From: an uncultured Candidatus Saccharibacteria bacterium
GTDB taxonomy: Bacteria > Patescibacteriota > Minisyncoccia > Phycocordibacterales > UBA12088
DNA: 64,000 nucleotides
Assembly (NCBI GenBank): GCA_964567265.1
Contig: CAZMLK010000001.1
Location: 395,723 to 459,722, forward strand
Direction of reading: 5' to 3'
In this document: piece by piece, positions 18,949-29,022 of the stretch
Position numbering within the stretch: position 1 is the stretch's first letter
How the letters are laid out: each line of letters starts with the position of its first letter
Position numbers and translations under genes: made by a program
The notes under the pieces: generated by a model
The model's database searches: none
Told to the model about the DNA's origin: nothing
Seen by the model: the letters and a program-made list of their open reading frames with translations, nothing else

Positions 18949-20013
18949 CTATTCGTCGAGGTCAGGCTTTTCGAGCACGAGCACGCTCGCGGCGAGTCCT
19001 GCCGACTCACCAGTGATCCGGAGCACATCTTTGTCTATCTTCTTGAATTCCTTGCCGCTCGCCATGTAGTGATTCACCACCGTCGAGAGCGACACGCCCA
19101 GTTTCGCATGATAGTCGCCATACGCGCCGAGATGCTTCGAGAGCTCGGCGACGCGCTTGATGATGTCCTTTGCCGTTTCCTCGATCTGCATGGCCTTGAG
19201 CCCTTGGAGCACCGTCTGGAGGTACGCCAAGAATGAGGTCGGCGAGACGATGATGACTTTGTACTTCCCTGCCGCGCGCTGGATCAGGTTCTCGGTGTCG
19301 TCGGTGACCGCGCCGATCTTGTTGATGAGGAGATCATAATAGATCGCCTCATGCGGGATGAACATGAATGCGAATTCCATCGTCCCTTCTTCGGGACGGA
19401 TGTATTTCGACGTCTCCTGGATGCGGAGCTTGAGGTCGTTCGTGAACAGCTTCTCGAGCCGGTCCTTCTCTGAAGGATCCTTCGCTTCGATGAGACGGTT
19501 GTAGTTCTCGAGCGAGAATTTCGAGTCGATCGGGATGATCTTGTCCTTCACGAAAACGGCAGCGTCCACGATCTCGCCACTCTTGAACATGTACTGCATC
19601 TGGAAATTGCCGGGCGGCAGGACGTTCTGGAGGAGCGTCTCCAGGTAATACTCGCCGAGGATGCCGCGCTGCTTCGGGTTCTTGAGAATATCTTGGAGGG
19701 ATTGGAGCTGCTCCGCGAACCCTTGCGTCTGCCGGCCGATTTCCTTCACCGACGTGATCTCCTCGGTGATCTCACGGATCAAGCGCGACGATTCGCCGAG
19801 TTGGACGCGCATAGTCTCGTGGATCTGCGTATTCGACTCCCCCATGCGGCGGTCGAGCGTGGTGGAGAGCGACTGGAGTTCCTTCTGGAGGAGCAGCAAG
19901 CCTTCCATCTTGTCATCCTTCCCGTCGTCTTTCCGACGGAGGAGAAACCACACCAACCCTCCATTGAAGGCCGCGAACACGACGAAAAATATGATGAGTA
20001 TCCAGATCTCCAT
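18949..20013 (-). CDS. rmuC: DNA recombination protein RmuC
   Basis: N-terminal TM plus coiled coil. The conserved RmuC C-terminal region includes YIRPEEGTMEFAFMFIPHEAIYYDLL. Confidence 0.85.
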   Translation of the reverse strand: MEIWILIIFFVVFAAFNGGLVWFLLRRKDDGKDDKMEGLLLLQKELQSLSTTLDRRMGESNTQIHETMRVQLGESSRLIREITEEITSVKEIGRQTQGFAEQLQSLQDILKNPKQRGILGEYYLETLLQNVLPPGNFQMQYMFKSGEIVDAAVFVKDKIIPIDSKFSLENYNRLIEAKDPSEKDRLEKLFTNDLKLRIQETSKYIRPEEGTMEFAFMFIPHEAIYYDLLINKIGAVTDDTENLIQRAAGKYKVIIVSPTSFLAYLQTVLQGLKAMQIEETAKDIIKRVAELSKHLGAYGDYHAKLGVSLSTVVNHYMASGKEFKKIDKDVLRITGESAGLAASVLVLEKPDLDE

Positions 20014-20022
20014 AGGGCTATC

Positions 20023-22734
20023 TTACGCTTCCGTAGCCTTTCTGCCAAAAAAAAGCAATTTTGTCGTCTCGATCGTCGCAAGGTTGAAAAACCCGATGCC
20101 AGCAAGGATGAGCACATCCGAATGCGAGAGCGGCACGAGATGGAGGAGGTGCGAAAGCGCGGGGATATTGAGGGCGCCGAGGAGCGCAGCGAAGCTCGCG
20201 GCGAGCGCCAGGAGAAGGAATCTATTCGAGAATATATTGATACGCCAGAGTGGCTGGCTGAGGCTCTTCATCGAGAACGCGAAGAAGATGGAATCGAGCG
20301 AGAGCGATATGAACATGATGGTCCGGATCTCCTCCTCCGGCATGCCTGTGAGCACGAGATAGATGTAGAGCGCGACCAGGAAGCTGCCGGAAATGAGGCT
20401 CGCGAGGATGATGAGCTTTTTCAAAGCAGGCGTCACGAGCGCGTTCTTAGAACGGGATCGCGGCTTGCGGCGCATGATTCCCTTCTCAGCCGGCTCGAAT
20501 GCGAATGCGAAATTCATAAGCCCTCCTTCGATGATATTGGTCCAGAGGAGCTGGGTCGGCAGGATCGGCAGCGGCGCCGCGAGCACCAAGGATCCCGTAA
20601 TGAGGAAGATGCTGCTGAAATTCGTCGCCAGCATGTAGGCAAAGATCTTGCGGAGGTTGTCGACGATACGGCGCCCTTCTTCGATCGCCGCGACCATGAT
20701 CGAGAAGCTGTTATCGAGGAGGATGAGATCGGATGCCTCTTTCGCGACTTCCGTACCGCTCCCGACCGCGACGCCGATGTCGGCGCTCCGGAGCGCAGGC
20801 GCGTCGTTGATGCCGTCTCCCGTCATCGCGACCACCTCGCCGGCATTCTTGAGGATGCGCACGATGCGGAGTTTCTGTTCTGGCGTCACGCGCGCGAACA
20901 CCTGCGCTTCACGGAGCGCGCGGAGGAGCGCCTCATCATCCATCTCCTCGAGCTTGGTGCCGGTGTACGATGAGAATTCCCCCTCCGCGACGCCCGCGTC
21001 GCGCGCGATCGCGCGAGCGGTCTCCTCGTTGTCGCCCGTGAGCATGATCACCGTCGCCCCCGCGCCCTTCACGGTCTTGATCGCTTCCGGCACGTCCTTG
21101 CGGATCGGATCGTGGAACGCCAGGAGGCCGACGAACGTGCTCCCATTGGTCAGCTTGTGATGCTCCTCGTCATCCTTTTCCGGAATCTTGTGCCAGGACA
21201 CTTCCTTGTACGCGACCGCGATGAAGCGCATGCCTTCGCGGCTGAGCGAGAGCTGTACCTGCTCGAATTGCCCGCGATCGTCACCCGTCATCGGGACCGC
21301 CTTTCCCTCGCGGTACACGTATTCAGCCCGCTCGAGGAATGCCTCCGGCGCACCGGTCATGATGAGCCGGCGCTCCTTTCCTTTCTGCTCATTGAGCGAC
21401 GCGCCGAACCGCCTCGAAGATTCGAAATGGAGGAAGTCTACTCGCTTCTGCTCGGCATGGAGGCCAGGCTGGGTGATTCCCTCCTTGAGGCCCGCATGCA
21501 ATATCGCTTTCTCGATGGGCCGGCCGTGGATGATGAATTTCGCTTCCCCTTCCTTCGCCTCGATGCCTGGATTCTCGAACTCCTCGATGAACGCGTCAGA
21601 TCCGAGGACTGCCATTCGGAGAAGATCCTTTGCATCTTCTTCCCACGCTTCGCCCGGGGCATGCGCGCGTGATTCGAGCGTGTAGACGGATGCCAGATCC
21701 ATGCGGGCTTCAGTCAGCGTGCCGGTCTTGTCAGTAAGGATCACCGTCGTCGCGCCGAGCGTCTCTGCCGCGAGCATGTTCCTCACTAATCCGCCGCGGC
21801 GGAGGATCGCTTCCATGCCGATCGCGAGCACTGCCGTGACTGCAGCAGGAAGGCCCTCGGGCACGACGGCAACAGCAATCGCGATCGCGATGAAGAGCAT
21901 CTCGATGAGCGGCTCGCCGCGCAGCAGCCCGAGGATGAAGATGACGGCGATGAGCACGACGACCAGGGATACGAGCATCGAAGCGATATGGTGGAGATTT
22001 TCCTGGAGCGGCGTCCGGCGCGTATCCGCGGACCCGAGCTCGCGCGCAATCGCGCCGACTTCCGTCTGCATGCCGACCGCGACCGCGACACCGAGGCCGG
22101 AACCGCCGACCACGAGCGTATTCGCGTATGCCATGTTGAGGCGTTCGGCGAGCGGCAGAGTATTCTCAAGCACTGCCGGATCCTTGGAGACCGGCAGCCA
22201 TTCGCCCGAGAGCGAAGCTTCGTTGACGGAGAGCGTGTGCACTTCAATCAACCGTACATCAGCGGGCACCGTATATCCGGCTTCCAAAACAACGATATCC
22301 CCGACGACCACTTCTTCAGAAGGAATGGTGACCTTCTCGCCATCGCGAATGACGATGGCGCGTTTGATCTCGGATGAACTGAGGAGCTGGAAGGCGCGGC
22401 TCGCCCGTCCCTCCTGGAAGAGCCCGATGCCGACATTGAGGATGAGCGCCGCGAAGATGACCGCACTGTCGGAAGTCTCATGGAGAAGGAGCGTCGCGAA
22501 GCCGGCAACCAGGAGCACTGCCGCGAGCGGATTCTCGAGCTGGCGGAGCACGCGATGGCCAGCGGTATCGGTATTCGTCGAGGTAAGGACGTTCCTCCCG
22601 AACGCTTCACGGAGCGTGGCGACCTGTGCATCGCTCTGGCCGGTCTCCGGGCTCACCTTGAAACGCGACAGCAGCGCGTCAACCGGCTCCGCGTGAGCAG
22701 GCGCTCCTTCCAGTGCATCTGTGCCTTTCGACAT
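20023..22734 (-). CDS. Cation-transporting P-type ATPase (Ca2+/Mg2+ type II)
   Basis: DKTGTLT phosphorylation motif, MLTGDNEETA, VAMTGDGINDAPAL, and about 10 TM helices. Confidence 0.9.
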   Translation of the reverse strand: MSKGTDALEGAPAHAEPVDALLSRFKVSPETGQSDAQVATLREAFGRNVLTSTNTDTAGHRVLRQLENPLAAVLLVAGFATLLLHETSDSAVIFAALILNVGIGLFQEGRASRAFQLLSSSEIKRAIVIRDGEKVTIPSEEVVVGDIVVLEAGYTVPADVRLIEVHTLSVNEASLSGEWLPVSKDPAVLENTLPLAERLNMAYANTLVVGGSGLGVAVAVGMQTEVGAIARELGSADTRRTPLQENLHHIASMLVSLVVVLIAVIFILGLLRGEPLIEMLFIAIAIAVAVVPEGLPAAVTAVLAIGMEAILRRGGLVRNMLAAETLGATTVILTDKTGTLTEARMDLASVYTLESRAHAPGEAWEEDAKDLLRMAVLGSDAFIEEFENPGIEAKEGEAKFIIHGRPIEKAILHAGLKEGITQPGLHAEQKRVDFLHFESSRRFGASLNEQKGKERRLIMTGAPEAFLERAEYVYREGKAVPMTGDDRGQFEQVQLSLSREGMRFIAVAYKEVSWHKIPEKDDEEHHKLTNGSTFVGLLAFHDPIRKDVPEAIKTVKGAGATVIMLTGDNEETARAIARDAGVAEGEFSSYTGTKLEEMDDEALLRALREAQVFARVTPEQKLRIVRILKNAGEVVAMTGDGINDAPALRSADIGVAVGSGTEVAKEASDLILLDNSFSIMVAAIEEGRRIVDNLRKIFAYMLATNFSSIFLITGSLVLAAPLPILPTQLLWTNIIEGGLMNFAFAFEPAEKGIMRRKPRSRSKNALVTPALKKLIILASLISGSFLVALYIYLVLTGMPEEEIRTIMFISLSLDSIFFAFSMKSLSQPLWRINIFSNRFLLLALAASFAALLGALNIPALSHLLHLVPLSHSDVLILAGIGFFNLATIETTKLLFFGRKATEA

Positions 22735-22800
22735 ATAGCTCTGAGTATAGCAAAGGGTCCCGTACTTTCAGAGGCATTTTTCATTTGGTATACTGCTCCC

Positions 22801-23250
22801 ATGATACAAACCCACATCCGCGAAGAGCTCTTGAAAGCCATGAAATCCAAGGAGGAACCGAAGCGGACGGTGCTTCGCGGCATCATCAGCGCCTTCACGA
22901 ACGAGCTCATCACCCTGAAGCGCTCTCCACAAGGAGAACTTACCGACCAGGAGGCCCTCGCCGTCATCCGCCGCGCCGTGAAGCAGCGCCGCGATTCGAT
23001 CGATCAGTTCCGGAAGGGTCATCGCGACGACCTCGCGCTTGCTGAGTCTGAGGAGCTCATGGTGCTCGAAGCATACGTGCCGCAGATGATGTCGAAAGAG
23101 GAGATCGTGCAGCATGCGCTCGCGAAGAAGGCGGAGCTCGGACTGACGGAGAAAGCGCAGGTCGGCCTCCTCATGGCGTCCTTGATGAAGGAACTCCACG
23201 GCAAGGCGGACGGCGCGGATGTAAAGGAAGTGGTTACTTCCCTATTCTAA
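22801..23250 (+). CDS. GatB/YqeY-domain protein
   Basis: MIQTHIREELLKAMKSKEEPKRTVLRGIISAFTNEL... is typical of the YqeY family. The start was re-set because the listed ORF overlaps the ATPase gene. Confidence 0.8.
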   Translation: MIQTHIREELLKAMKSKEEPKRTVLRGIISAFTNELITLKRSPQGELTDQEALAVIRRAVKQRRDSIDQFRKGHRDDLALAESEELMVLEAYVPQMMSKEEIVQHALAKKAELGLTEKAQVGLLMASLMKELHGKADGADVKEVVTSLF

Positions 23251-23271
23251 GGAAGCGGGAGGTTCTAAAAG

Positions 23272-23307
23272 AAAAAGCCCCCGCGCCTTCGGCGCGGGGG
23301 CTTTTTC
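23272..23307. terminator. Bidirectional intrinsic terminator
   Basis: AAAAAGCCCCCGCGCC-ttc-GGCGCGGGGGCTTTTTC. Confidence 0.65.
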
Positions 23308-23324
23308 TAATTCTCTTTCAAACG

Positions 23325-25730
23325 CTATGGAGTCGAAACTGCCCTGAGCATCGGCTCGATGCGGTCAGCAACCCGTGCATACCCGCTGGCATTCGGATGC
23401 ACCAAGTCGCTGCTCGTGAGGAACGGATTTCCCAGGACTCCTTTCAGGATATTCTCGACATACGCCGACTGCGTATCTCGTGCCACGTCCTTATACCGAT
23501 CATTGAGCGACGGGTTGAGGATGCCTCCGCCGAGACCGACCACGAGTACAACTGCTCCCTTCGCCTGGATGCGCTCCACAATGGTCTGCAGGTTCGAGAA
23601 TGTCTCAGCCCGTGAGACCGCGGGCACGCTGAGATTCGCGCCGATGCGGACAAGGATCAAGCGTATGCGTTCAGCAAAAGCCTTGTCGCCAATCGCGAGC
23701 GCTTCCTCATACATCCGGTGAAGCTCATCGTTCGCTCCGAGGAAGACAATGACGACTTTCGGATTCTTGGAAAGGACATCAGCGTCGAGGCGCGCGAGCG
23801 CCATCGAGGTATCGTTGCCGGACACGCCTGCATTCTGGATCGGCTTGCCGAGACGCTGCGAGAGCACGCTTACGTAGTCCTTTCCGGCAGGAGCACCGAC
23901 ACCGGAGGTCAGGCTGTCTCCGAGCGCGATAATATTCTGACCTTTTGATGGGTAGTTCTTGACCGGCCAGGGATTGCCTCCCGGATTCCCGCCGGTACCA
24001 CCCGTGGTTCCCCCGGTAGTACCGGTCGTTCCAGTAGTCCCTGTGGTGCCGGTCGTGCCTGTAGTTCCTGTAGTGCCCGTTGTCCCCGTGCTTCCGCCGC
24101 CGCCAACACGAATGCTGCCAGGACTCGCTCCAACTCGAGTGAACCCATCGTTGATGAATACGCGTGCCTCATAGATGCCATCAGCAAGTGAAGGAAAGGT
24201 CATCGATCCGGATGTTCCACCAGCTGGGATGTACTGCCATGCCGTGTACGAACGATCACCCTGCCCTGCTGCATAGATTCCCACCCAGTCTTTCGCATTG
24301 CGGCTCTGAGGTGCCTGCCAGTTCACGGTCACCGCGCCTCCAGACGGAACGGTTGCTGCTGCAAAGGCGACGGCATATCCGCCGGTACCGCCCGTCGTTC
24401 CTCCTGTGGTCCCTCCGGTCGTACCTGTGGTTCCCGTAGTACCGGTAGTTCCTGTCGTGCCTGTGGTTCCGGTAGTGCCCGTCGTTCCTGTGGTGCCAGT
24501 TGTCCCGCCCGTGGTGCCTCCCGTTCCTCCCATCGTAAATGCATTCGAGACCGCGACATGCGCACCCCCGCTGGTCACAAAATATCGTGCCTCATACACG
24601 CCCGGCTGGAAGCTTGTGAAATCAACGGCACCATCAGCAGATCCGATCGGAACATACTGCCACTTCCAATAGCCGCCATCGCTTCCAGAATTCGGCGTAT
24701 AGATGCCGATCCAGTCATGCGCTCCGACTGCAGGCGTGTGATAGGTCACATGCGCAACGCTGCCATTCACAGTAACTGAGAGCGAATATGAACCTCCGCC
24801 GCCGGTCGTTCCTCCTGTAGAGCCGCCCGTCGTACCTGTGGTTCCCGTAGTGCCCGTTGTCCCTGTCGTGCCAGTGGTCCCCGTCGTTCCAGTAGTACCA
24901 GTTGTGCCGGTTGTGCCCGTTCCGCCACCACCGCCAACACTGACAGAGCCAGGACTGGTCGCTGCACGCGTATATCCATTATTCAAATACAACCGCGCTT
25001 CATACTGGCCGTTCGCAAGTCCCGGAAAGCTGAGCGTTCCAGATGTCGCACCGCCGATGTACTGCCATGCCGTATACGAGCGATCTCCCTGGCCAGTCGC
25101 GTAAATGCCGACCCAATCTTGCGTACCGCGACTTGCGGGCGCCTGCCAGTTGACCACGACAGCACCTCCAGTCGGGACCGAAGCAGATGCGAACGAGACC
25201 GCATATCCTCCGGTACCGCCGGTGGTCCCGCCGGTAGTACCTCCCGTGGTCCCAGTTGTGCCGGTCGTTCCAGTCGTCCCCGTGGTACCGGTCGTGCCTG
25301 TTGTCCCAGATGTACCCGTCGTCCCAGTGGTTCCCGTAGTGCCTCCGGTTGTTCCCGTCCCTCCTCCGCCACCGTACGTGACCGAATTCGAGACTGCGAC
25401 ATGGCTATAGCCATTGGCGACAAGATACCGTGCTTCGTATGTGCCCGGATTGACGTTTAAGAAATCAATCGCTCCGTCTACCGCACCAGCCGGAACGTAC
25501 TGGTACAGGATGAATCCATGGTTGTCTGCTCCCACCGGAAAGAGTCCAATCCAATCCTGGTTGCCGGCCGTCGGCGCATGGTAGGTAACATGAATAATCC
25601 CGCCGGTGACAGTTGCATTCAACGTATAGCTTCCAACCTGCGCGTCAGCCCTTTCCACGGCTCCAAACCCAATGAGGGCGATCGCGGCTGAAAGAAGGAT
25701 TGTTGCCCTGATGGTGGTATGCATGGTCAT
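23325..25730 (-). CDS. Secreted multi-repeat protein with four ~90-aa repeat domains, Thr/Gly linkers, and a C-terminal SGNH/GDSL hydrolase domain
   Basis: Signal peptide, then four repeats in an ABAB pattern, each carrying DWIGLY/DWVGIY...W(Q/K)Y...YEAR(Y/L) motifs and separated by (TTG)n linkers. The C-terminus has GDSLTSG, VVIVFLGANDE, and DLVHPNASGY SGNH blocks. Confidence 0.8.
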   Translation of the reverse strand: MTMHTTIRATILLSAAIALIGFGAVERADAQVGSYTLNATVTGGIIHVTYHAPTAGNQDWIGLFPVGADNHGFILYQYVPAGAVDGAIDFLNVNPGTYEARYLVANGYSHVAVSNSVTYGGGGGTGTTGGTTGTTGTTGTSGTTGTTGTTGTTGTTGTTGTTGGTTGGTTGGTGGYAVSFASASVPTGGAVVVNWQAPASRGTQDWVGIYATGQGDRSYTAWQYIGGATSGTLSFPGLANGQYEARLYLNNGYTRAATSPGSVSVGGGGGTGTTGTTGTTGTTGTTGTTGTTGTTGTTGTTGGSTGGTTGGGGSYSLSVTVNGSVAHVTYHTPAVGAHDWIGIYTPNSGSDGGYWKWQYVPIGSADGAVDFTSFQPGVYEARYFVTSGGAHVAVSNAFTMGGTGGTTGGTTGTTGTTGTTGTTGTTGTTGTTGTTGTTGGTTGGTTGGTGGYAVAFAAATVPSGGAVTVNWQAPQSRNAKDWVGIYAAGQGDRSYTAWQYIPAGGTSGSMTFPSLADGIYEARVFINDGFTRVGASPGSIRVGGGGSTGTTGTTGTTGTTGTTGTTGTTGTTGGTTGGTGGNPGGNPWPVKNYPSKGQNIIALGDSLTSGVGAPAGKDYVSVLSQRLGKPIQNAGVSGNDTSMALARLDADVLSKNPKVVIVFLGANDELHRMYEEALAIGDKAFAERIRLILVRIGANLSVPAVSRAETFSNLQTIVERIQAKGAVVLVVGLGGGILNPSLNDRYKDVARDTQSAYVENILKGVLGNPFLTSSDLVHPNASGYARVADRIEPMLRAVSTP
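23961..24098 (-). repeat. Thr/Gly linker-coding tandem repeat 4
   Basis: Same low-complexity coding repeat. Confidence 0.7.
24369..24524 (-). repeat. Thr/Gly linker-coding tandem repeat 3
   Basis: Same low-complexity coding repeat. Confidence 0.7.
24780..24935 (-). repeat. Thr/Gly linker-coding tandem repeat 2
   Basis: Same low-complexity coding repeat. Confidence 0.7.
25206..25373 (-). repeat. Thr/Gly linker-coding tandem repeat 1
   Basis: In-frame 9-bp-period GGT/ACC-rich repeats encoding TGTTGTTG... Analogous tracts lie at 24780..24935, 24369..24524, and 23961..24098. Confidence 0.7.
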
Positions 25731-25860
25731 GATAGTGATGACTCGTATGATAACGGATTCTTTCTAAAGGGATTATGAAGACAGAAGTGGGTTACCCCGG
25801 CCGAGCTGCCTGATTTTTGCTCGGGCACACAATACAACGTTTTTGAGGGATTGCATAGGA

Positions 25861-25892
25861 AAAGAGGCCGCGCGAAGCGCGGCCTCTTTTTG
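25861..25892. terminator. Bidirectional terminator
   Basis: AGAGGCCGCGC-gaag-GCGCGGCCTCTTTTTG. Confidence 0.6.
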
Positions 25893-25911
25893 CTACATCG
25901 CACCAATCCAA

Positions 25912-28848
25912 TTATCGCATCACTCCCCGCGTCAGCGTCCCAAAATAGCCAGTACCCGCAGAGAGTCCTGCTGGTTCGAGGATATCTGCGACATGCGCGT
26001 TCTGAAAGAGGATGAGGGCTGCCTTAGTAGCAGGTCCGAAGAAATCAGTCTCGAATCCTGGCGACCCTGCTCCTACAGCGGACACTGTAAATCCATGTAC
26101 ATTCAAGTACATCTGAAGCTGACGGACATCTTCCCCGCGAGATCTGACTCTGAGATTGCGCGGGAAAGTCACTGACGTCATGGCAGGCGTCGTTGTTGAT
26201 ACCGAAAGATTTCCAAACACTTCATTGAGTTTCGCCAGCGTCAGCGGGCCGACGACACCATAGCCGGTCGTGCTCGGTGTGCCCGTGGTGACGATACCGT
26301 ACTTCGCTTGGAATCGTCGTACTGCGGCTTCCGTCAGCGCACCATAGAATCCGTTGACAATGGCTTCCGGGTACAGGGCAGCGTCTGAGGCAAAGAGTTG
26401 TTGCAAGGTGCGGACGTCTGGGCCCTGCATGCCGGGGAAGAGCGCGTTCGTGAAGATTGGACTCCTGCCTGTCGACGGCATCAACGGGGCAGGTTGTTGA
26501 TTGGAAGTACCAGGAATGGTCACCGCAGCTGAACAGACTGAGAAGGCGTTGCAGTATTTCACATAGAGCGTGCTTGTAGTATCAGGCCATGGGAGCGAAC
26601 TGGTTGCATTCACGTAGGTTGCAGTAGCGAACGAAGGGTCCGTGGAAATGGCAATCTTCGTGATATCCGTTCCGAATGAGAATGTGAGGATCCGTCCTGA
26701 CGGGATTGGCGTCGTTGACGTGGCAGCAAATCCTCCAGATGGACCCGTAGGGACTGGTGCACTTCCACCTCCTCCGCCCGAGGGTGGCAGGACGATATTC
26801 ACCGTTCGCGTTGACACCGCACTGTTCCCTGCCGTATCGGTTGCCGTGTAGGTAATGCGGTATGTTCCGACCGTGCCCACCGTCACTGTGTCCCCACCTG
26901 TGGTGACCGACACTGTTCCATCGACATCATCGGTCGCCGATGCGCCCGGGTCCGCAAAGCCCTGGCCGATGGTTTGAGTGATGGAGGCAGCTCCCGAAAG
27001 CGTAATGGTCGGCGCGACCGAGTCGGTATATTCGTACGCACCGATATCGCAGACACCCTGACGACTGACACCATTTTTGTCTGTCGTTGGGCACAGAGAA
27101 TCCGTGCCCGCATTGATGGCTGGGGAAGATGCGAGGAGGCGGTAATCACCCCCTGACACATCAGCCAATACGGGATCACTAGTCAAAGAATGCGACCCTA
27201 GAGAAAATCCCGACCCAGAGACTGACGCCGTTGCCGTATGTGCAATGAGGCTATAGTCTTCACTCACACTCGTCGCACCGGTTGTTTTCGAGATACCCGT
27301 CGCAAATCCATATATCAAATTGTTACGCAACGTAACGTTCCCTGTTGATTGGAGCGACATCGCTACGCCTGACTGCGACGGATTGATGAGGGTGTTGTTA
27401 TAGAACGAGAGCGCGGCCGCATCAAGCAACGTTACCAGTGCATTTGTTCCTGCGACTGTGGTGTATCCGAATACGTTTCCATACGCGATAATTGACGAGT
27501 TTTCAATATTTGTGACTGCACTTTTTTTATTGCCCCAAGCATACGAATTGGTAAGCCTGCCCCCTGACGTCTCGTGCCATGAGAATCCGTCACCATCGGA
27601 ACCAGATCCATCGACTCCATTGTTTGTAGATGTAGCATGATCGATGTTGATTGTGGGTCCATTATGAAATCCAAATCCATCATTCGTGTTGCTATCTGCG
27701 GTTGAATTTAAAATCGTTACGGTACCGCCAGTACCCGCGACAGCAACCCCGTTGGAACCAGTGACCGTGCCATTACTGTTGAATGTCGAACCGGACAATG
27801 TAAGGGTGTCACTTGATCCTCCCATGGTGACATTGATGCCAGCAAGACCGTTTGAACCCACGGTGAGATTTGAAAATCTTGACCCAGTTGACCCTGCCAG
27901 CATCAATATGCCGTCAGACGTATTGTTGGAGACCGTCGTCGTAGCAATGATTGCATTTGTTGGCTTCGAATCGAATCGGATTCCACGAGCAGTATTCCCA
28001 GTAACGGTCGAGTTTTTAATCGAAATTCCACTTGCGGTATTCAATATATATATTCCGTTCGAGCCGCAGCCCTGAATGGTAACTCCATCAATGACTGCTG
28101 TGGTGACATTATTCAAGATGAGGCAATCTCCTGAACCGCCTGTGATCGTAGAGGAGGTAATGGTGATATTTGAGCCAGCAGCCACAGAACTTCCAAACTT
28201 CATGCCGCTTGTTGAGGCGGTGATCGTGAGGTTTGAAAAAGTATCTCCTTGCGACTTGGTACCATTCAAGTTTATGCCGGTTGTAAAACCACTGACCGTA
28301 ATGTTGTCATATGTGCTCGCGGTACTGGTAGCATTGGTACTGATGACGATGGCCTGCGTTGTTGTGCCGCTAATTGAGAGATGGTTGAAATTAAGTCCGG
28401 TAAACGTACCTGAAAATACAAAGATGCCTGATTCGGACGGACTTCGTAAGACAAGATTTTGAATCGTCAGATACGATGCGCTGTTGCGAATATCGAATAT
28501 CCTATTCTGGCTTCCGGCATTCAGAATGGGATTGGCACCAGTGCCGTATGCATCAAAAACAATTGGATTTCCAGATGTACCCGAATCGTCAAACAGCGTT
28601 ATCTTTATATTTGAGAACGTTTCACCTTTCTTGAATAAAATCTGGTCTCCTGCCACGAAAGTGCGCGCGTTGATTGGTGTAGCCGACTGCCACGGCGTTC
28701 CACTGCTCGTACCATTATTCGAATCGCTGCCAAGAGTGGCGTCCACATAGTATGTCGCCGCGCTTGCCAGCGACGGCACTGCAGTCACAGCAAACAACGC
28801 TATTGCTGCAAATACAAACGCGATGTTTTTTGGGTAATTTTGAGGCAT
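25912..28848 (-). CDS. Secreted 978-aa right-handed parallel beta-helix (pectate-lyase-like) protein with an Ig-like domain and two C-terminal peptidoglycan-binding (PG_binding_1) domains
   Basis: Signal peptide, then many NxxGxxIxxSxN-type beta-helix rungs, then an Ig-like segment (VAPTITLSGAASITQ...TDTAGNS). Two PGBD repeats follow (GMQGPDVRTLQQLF...YG...T...L and SRGEDVRQLQMYLN...FGPAT..A...FQ). GC content is lower (about 50%) than in flanking DNA. Confidence 0.75.
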   Translation of the reverse strand: MPQNYPKNIAFVFAAIALFAVTAVPSLASAATYYVDATLGSDSNNGTSSGTPWQSATPINARTFVAGDQILFKKGETFSNIKITLFDDSGTSGNPIVFDAYGTGANPILNAGSQNRIFDIRNSASYLTIQNLVLRSPSESGIFVFSGTFTGLNFNHLSISGTTTQAIVISTNATSTASTYDNITVSGFTTGINLNGTKSQGDTFSNLTITASTSGMKFGSSVAAGSNITITSSTITGGSGDCLILNNVTTAVIDGVTIQGCGSNGIYILNTASGISIKNSTVTGNTARGIRFDSKPTNAIIATTTVSNNTSDGILMLAGSTGSRFSNLTVGSNGLAGINVTMGGSSDTLTLSGSTFNSNGTVTGSNGVAVAGTGGTVTILNSTADSNTNDGFGFHNGPTINIDHATSTNNGVDGSGSDGDGFSWHETSGGRLTNSYAWGNKKSAVTNIENSSIIAYGNVFGYTTVAGTNALVTLLDAAALSFYNNTLINPSQSGVAMSLQSTGNVTLRNNLIYGFATGISKTTGATSVSEDYSLIAHTATASVSGSGFSLGSHSLTSDPVLADVSGGDYRLLASSPAINAGTDSLCPTTDKNGVSRQGVCDIGAYEYTDSVAPTITLSGAASITQTIGQGFADPGASATDDVDGTVSVTTGGDTVTVGTVGTYRITYTATDTAGNSAVSTRTVNIVLPPSGGGGGSAPVPTGPSGGFAATSTTPIPSGRILTFSFGTDITKIAISTDPSFATATYVNATSSLPWPDTTSTLYVKYCNAFSVCSAAVTIPGTSNQQPAPLMPSTGRSPIFTNALFPGMQGPDVRTLQQLFASDAALYPEAIVNGFYGALTEAAVRRFQAKYGIVTTGTPSTTGYGVVGPLTLAKLNEVFGNLSVSTTTPAMTSVTFPRNLRVRSRGEDVRQLQMYLNVHGFTVSAVGAGSPGFETDFFGPATKAALILFQNAHVADILEPAGLSAGTGYFGTLTRGVMR

Positions 28849-28974
28849 GTAACAAATTCAATGAGTAAGCGTTTTGTATTCTCGAAGACGGATTTGAAAC
28901 GTAGTCATTGCCACTGATTCACTATACCAGCTGCATTACGACAGAGGTATTCCGAATGGGGATTACGGCGGAAA

Positions 28975-29012
28975 AAACGGAAAAAGGCGGCCGCGCTTCG
29001 CGCGGCCGCCTT
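28975..29012 (-). terminator. Intrinsic terminator after the DPBB-repeat protein gene
   Basis: GGCGGCCGCGC-ttcg-GCGCGGCCGCC, with a T-run on the minus strand. Confidence 0.55.
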
Positions 29013-29022
29013 TCGCCTCCAC

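Noticed and set aside
19693-20973. Long antisense ORFs inside well-supported genes (for example 19693..20973, 21701..22696, 45116..45859, 55658..56629, 624..1061, 7008..8060)
   Set aside because: These are Arg/Ser/Pro-rich translations lying opposite or overlapping conserved genes (rmuC, the P-type ATPase, mreB, gdhA, and others). This is typical of high-GC DNA, and none has a recognisable domain or an RBS.
22480-22800. 5' part of ORF 22480..23250, which overlaps the end of the P-type ATPase gene
   Set aside because: The GatB/YqeY homology begins at MIQTHIREE (22801). The upstream portion lies antisense to the well-supported ATPase gene.
23961-25373. Periodic GGT/ACC-rich DNA repeats considered as a possible CRISPR array or VNTR
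   Set aside because: The repeats are in frame inside one ORF and encode Thr/Gly linkers. There are no unique spacers or flanking cas genes, and the period is 9 bp. This is low-complexity coding sequence, not a CRISPR array.
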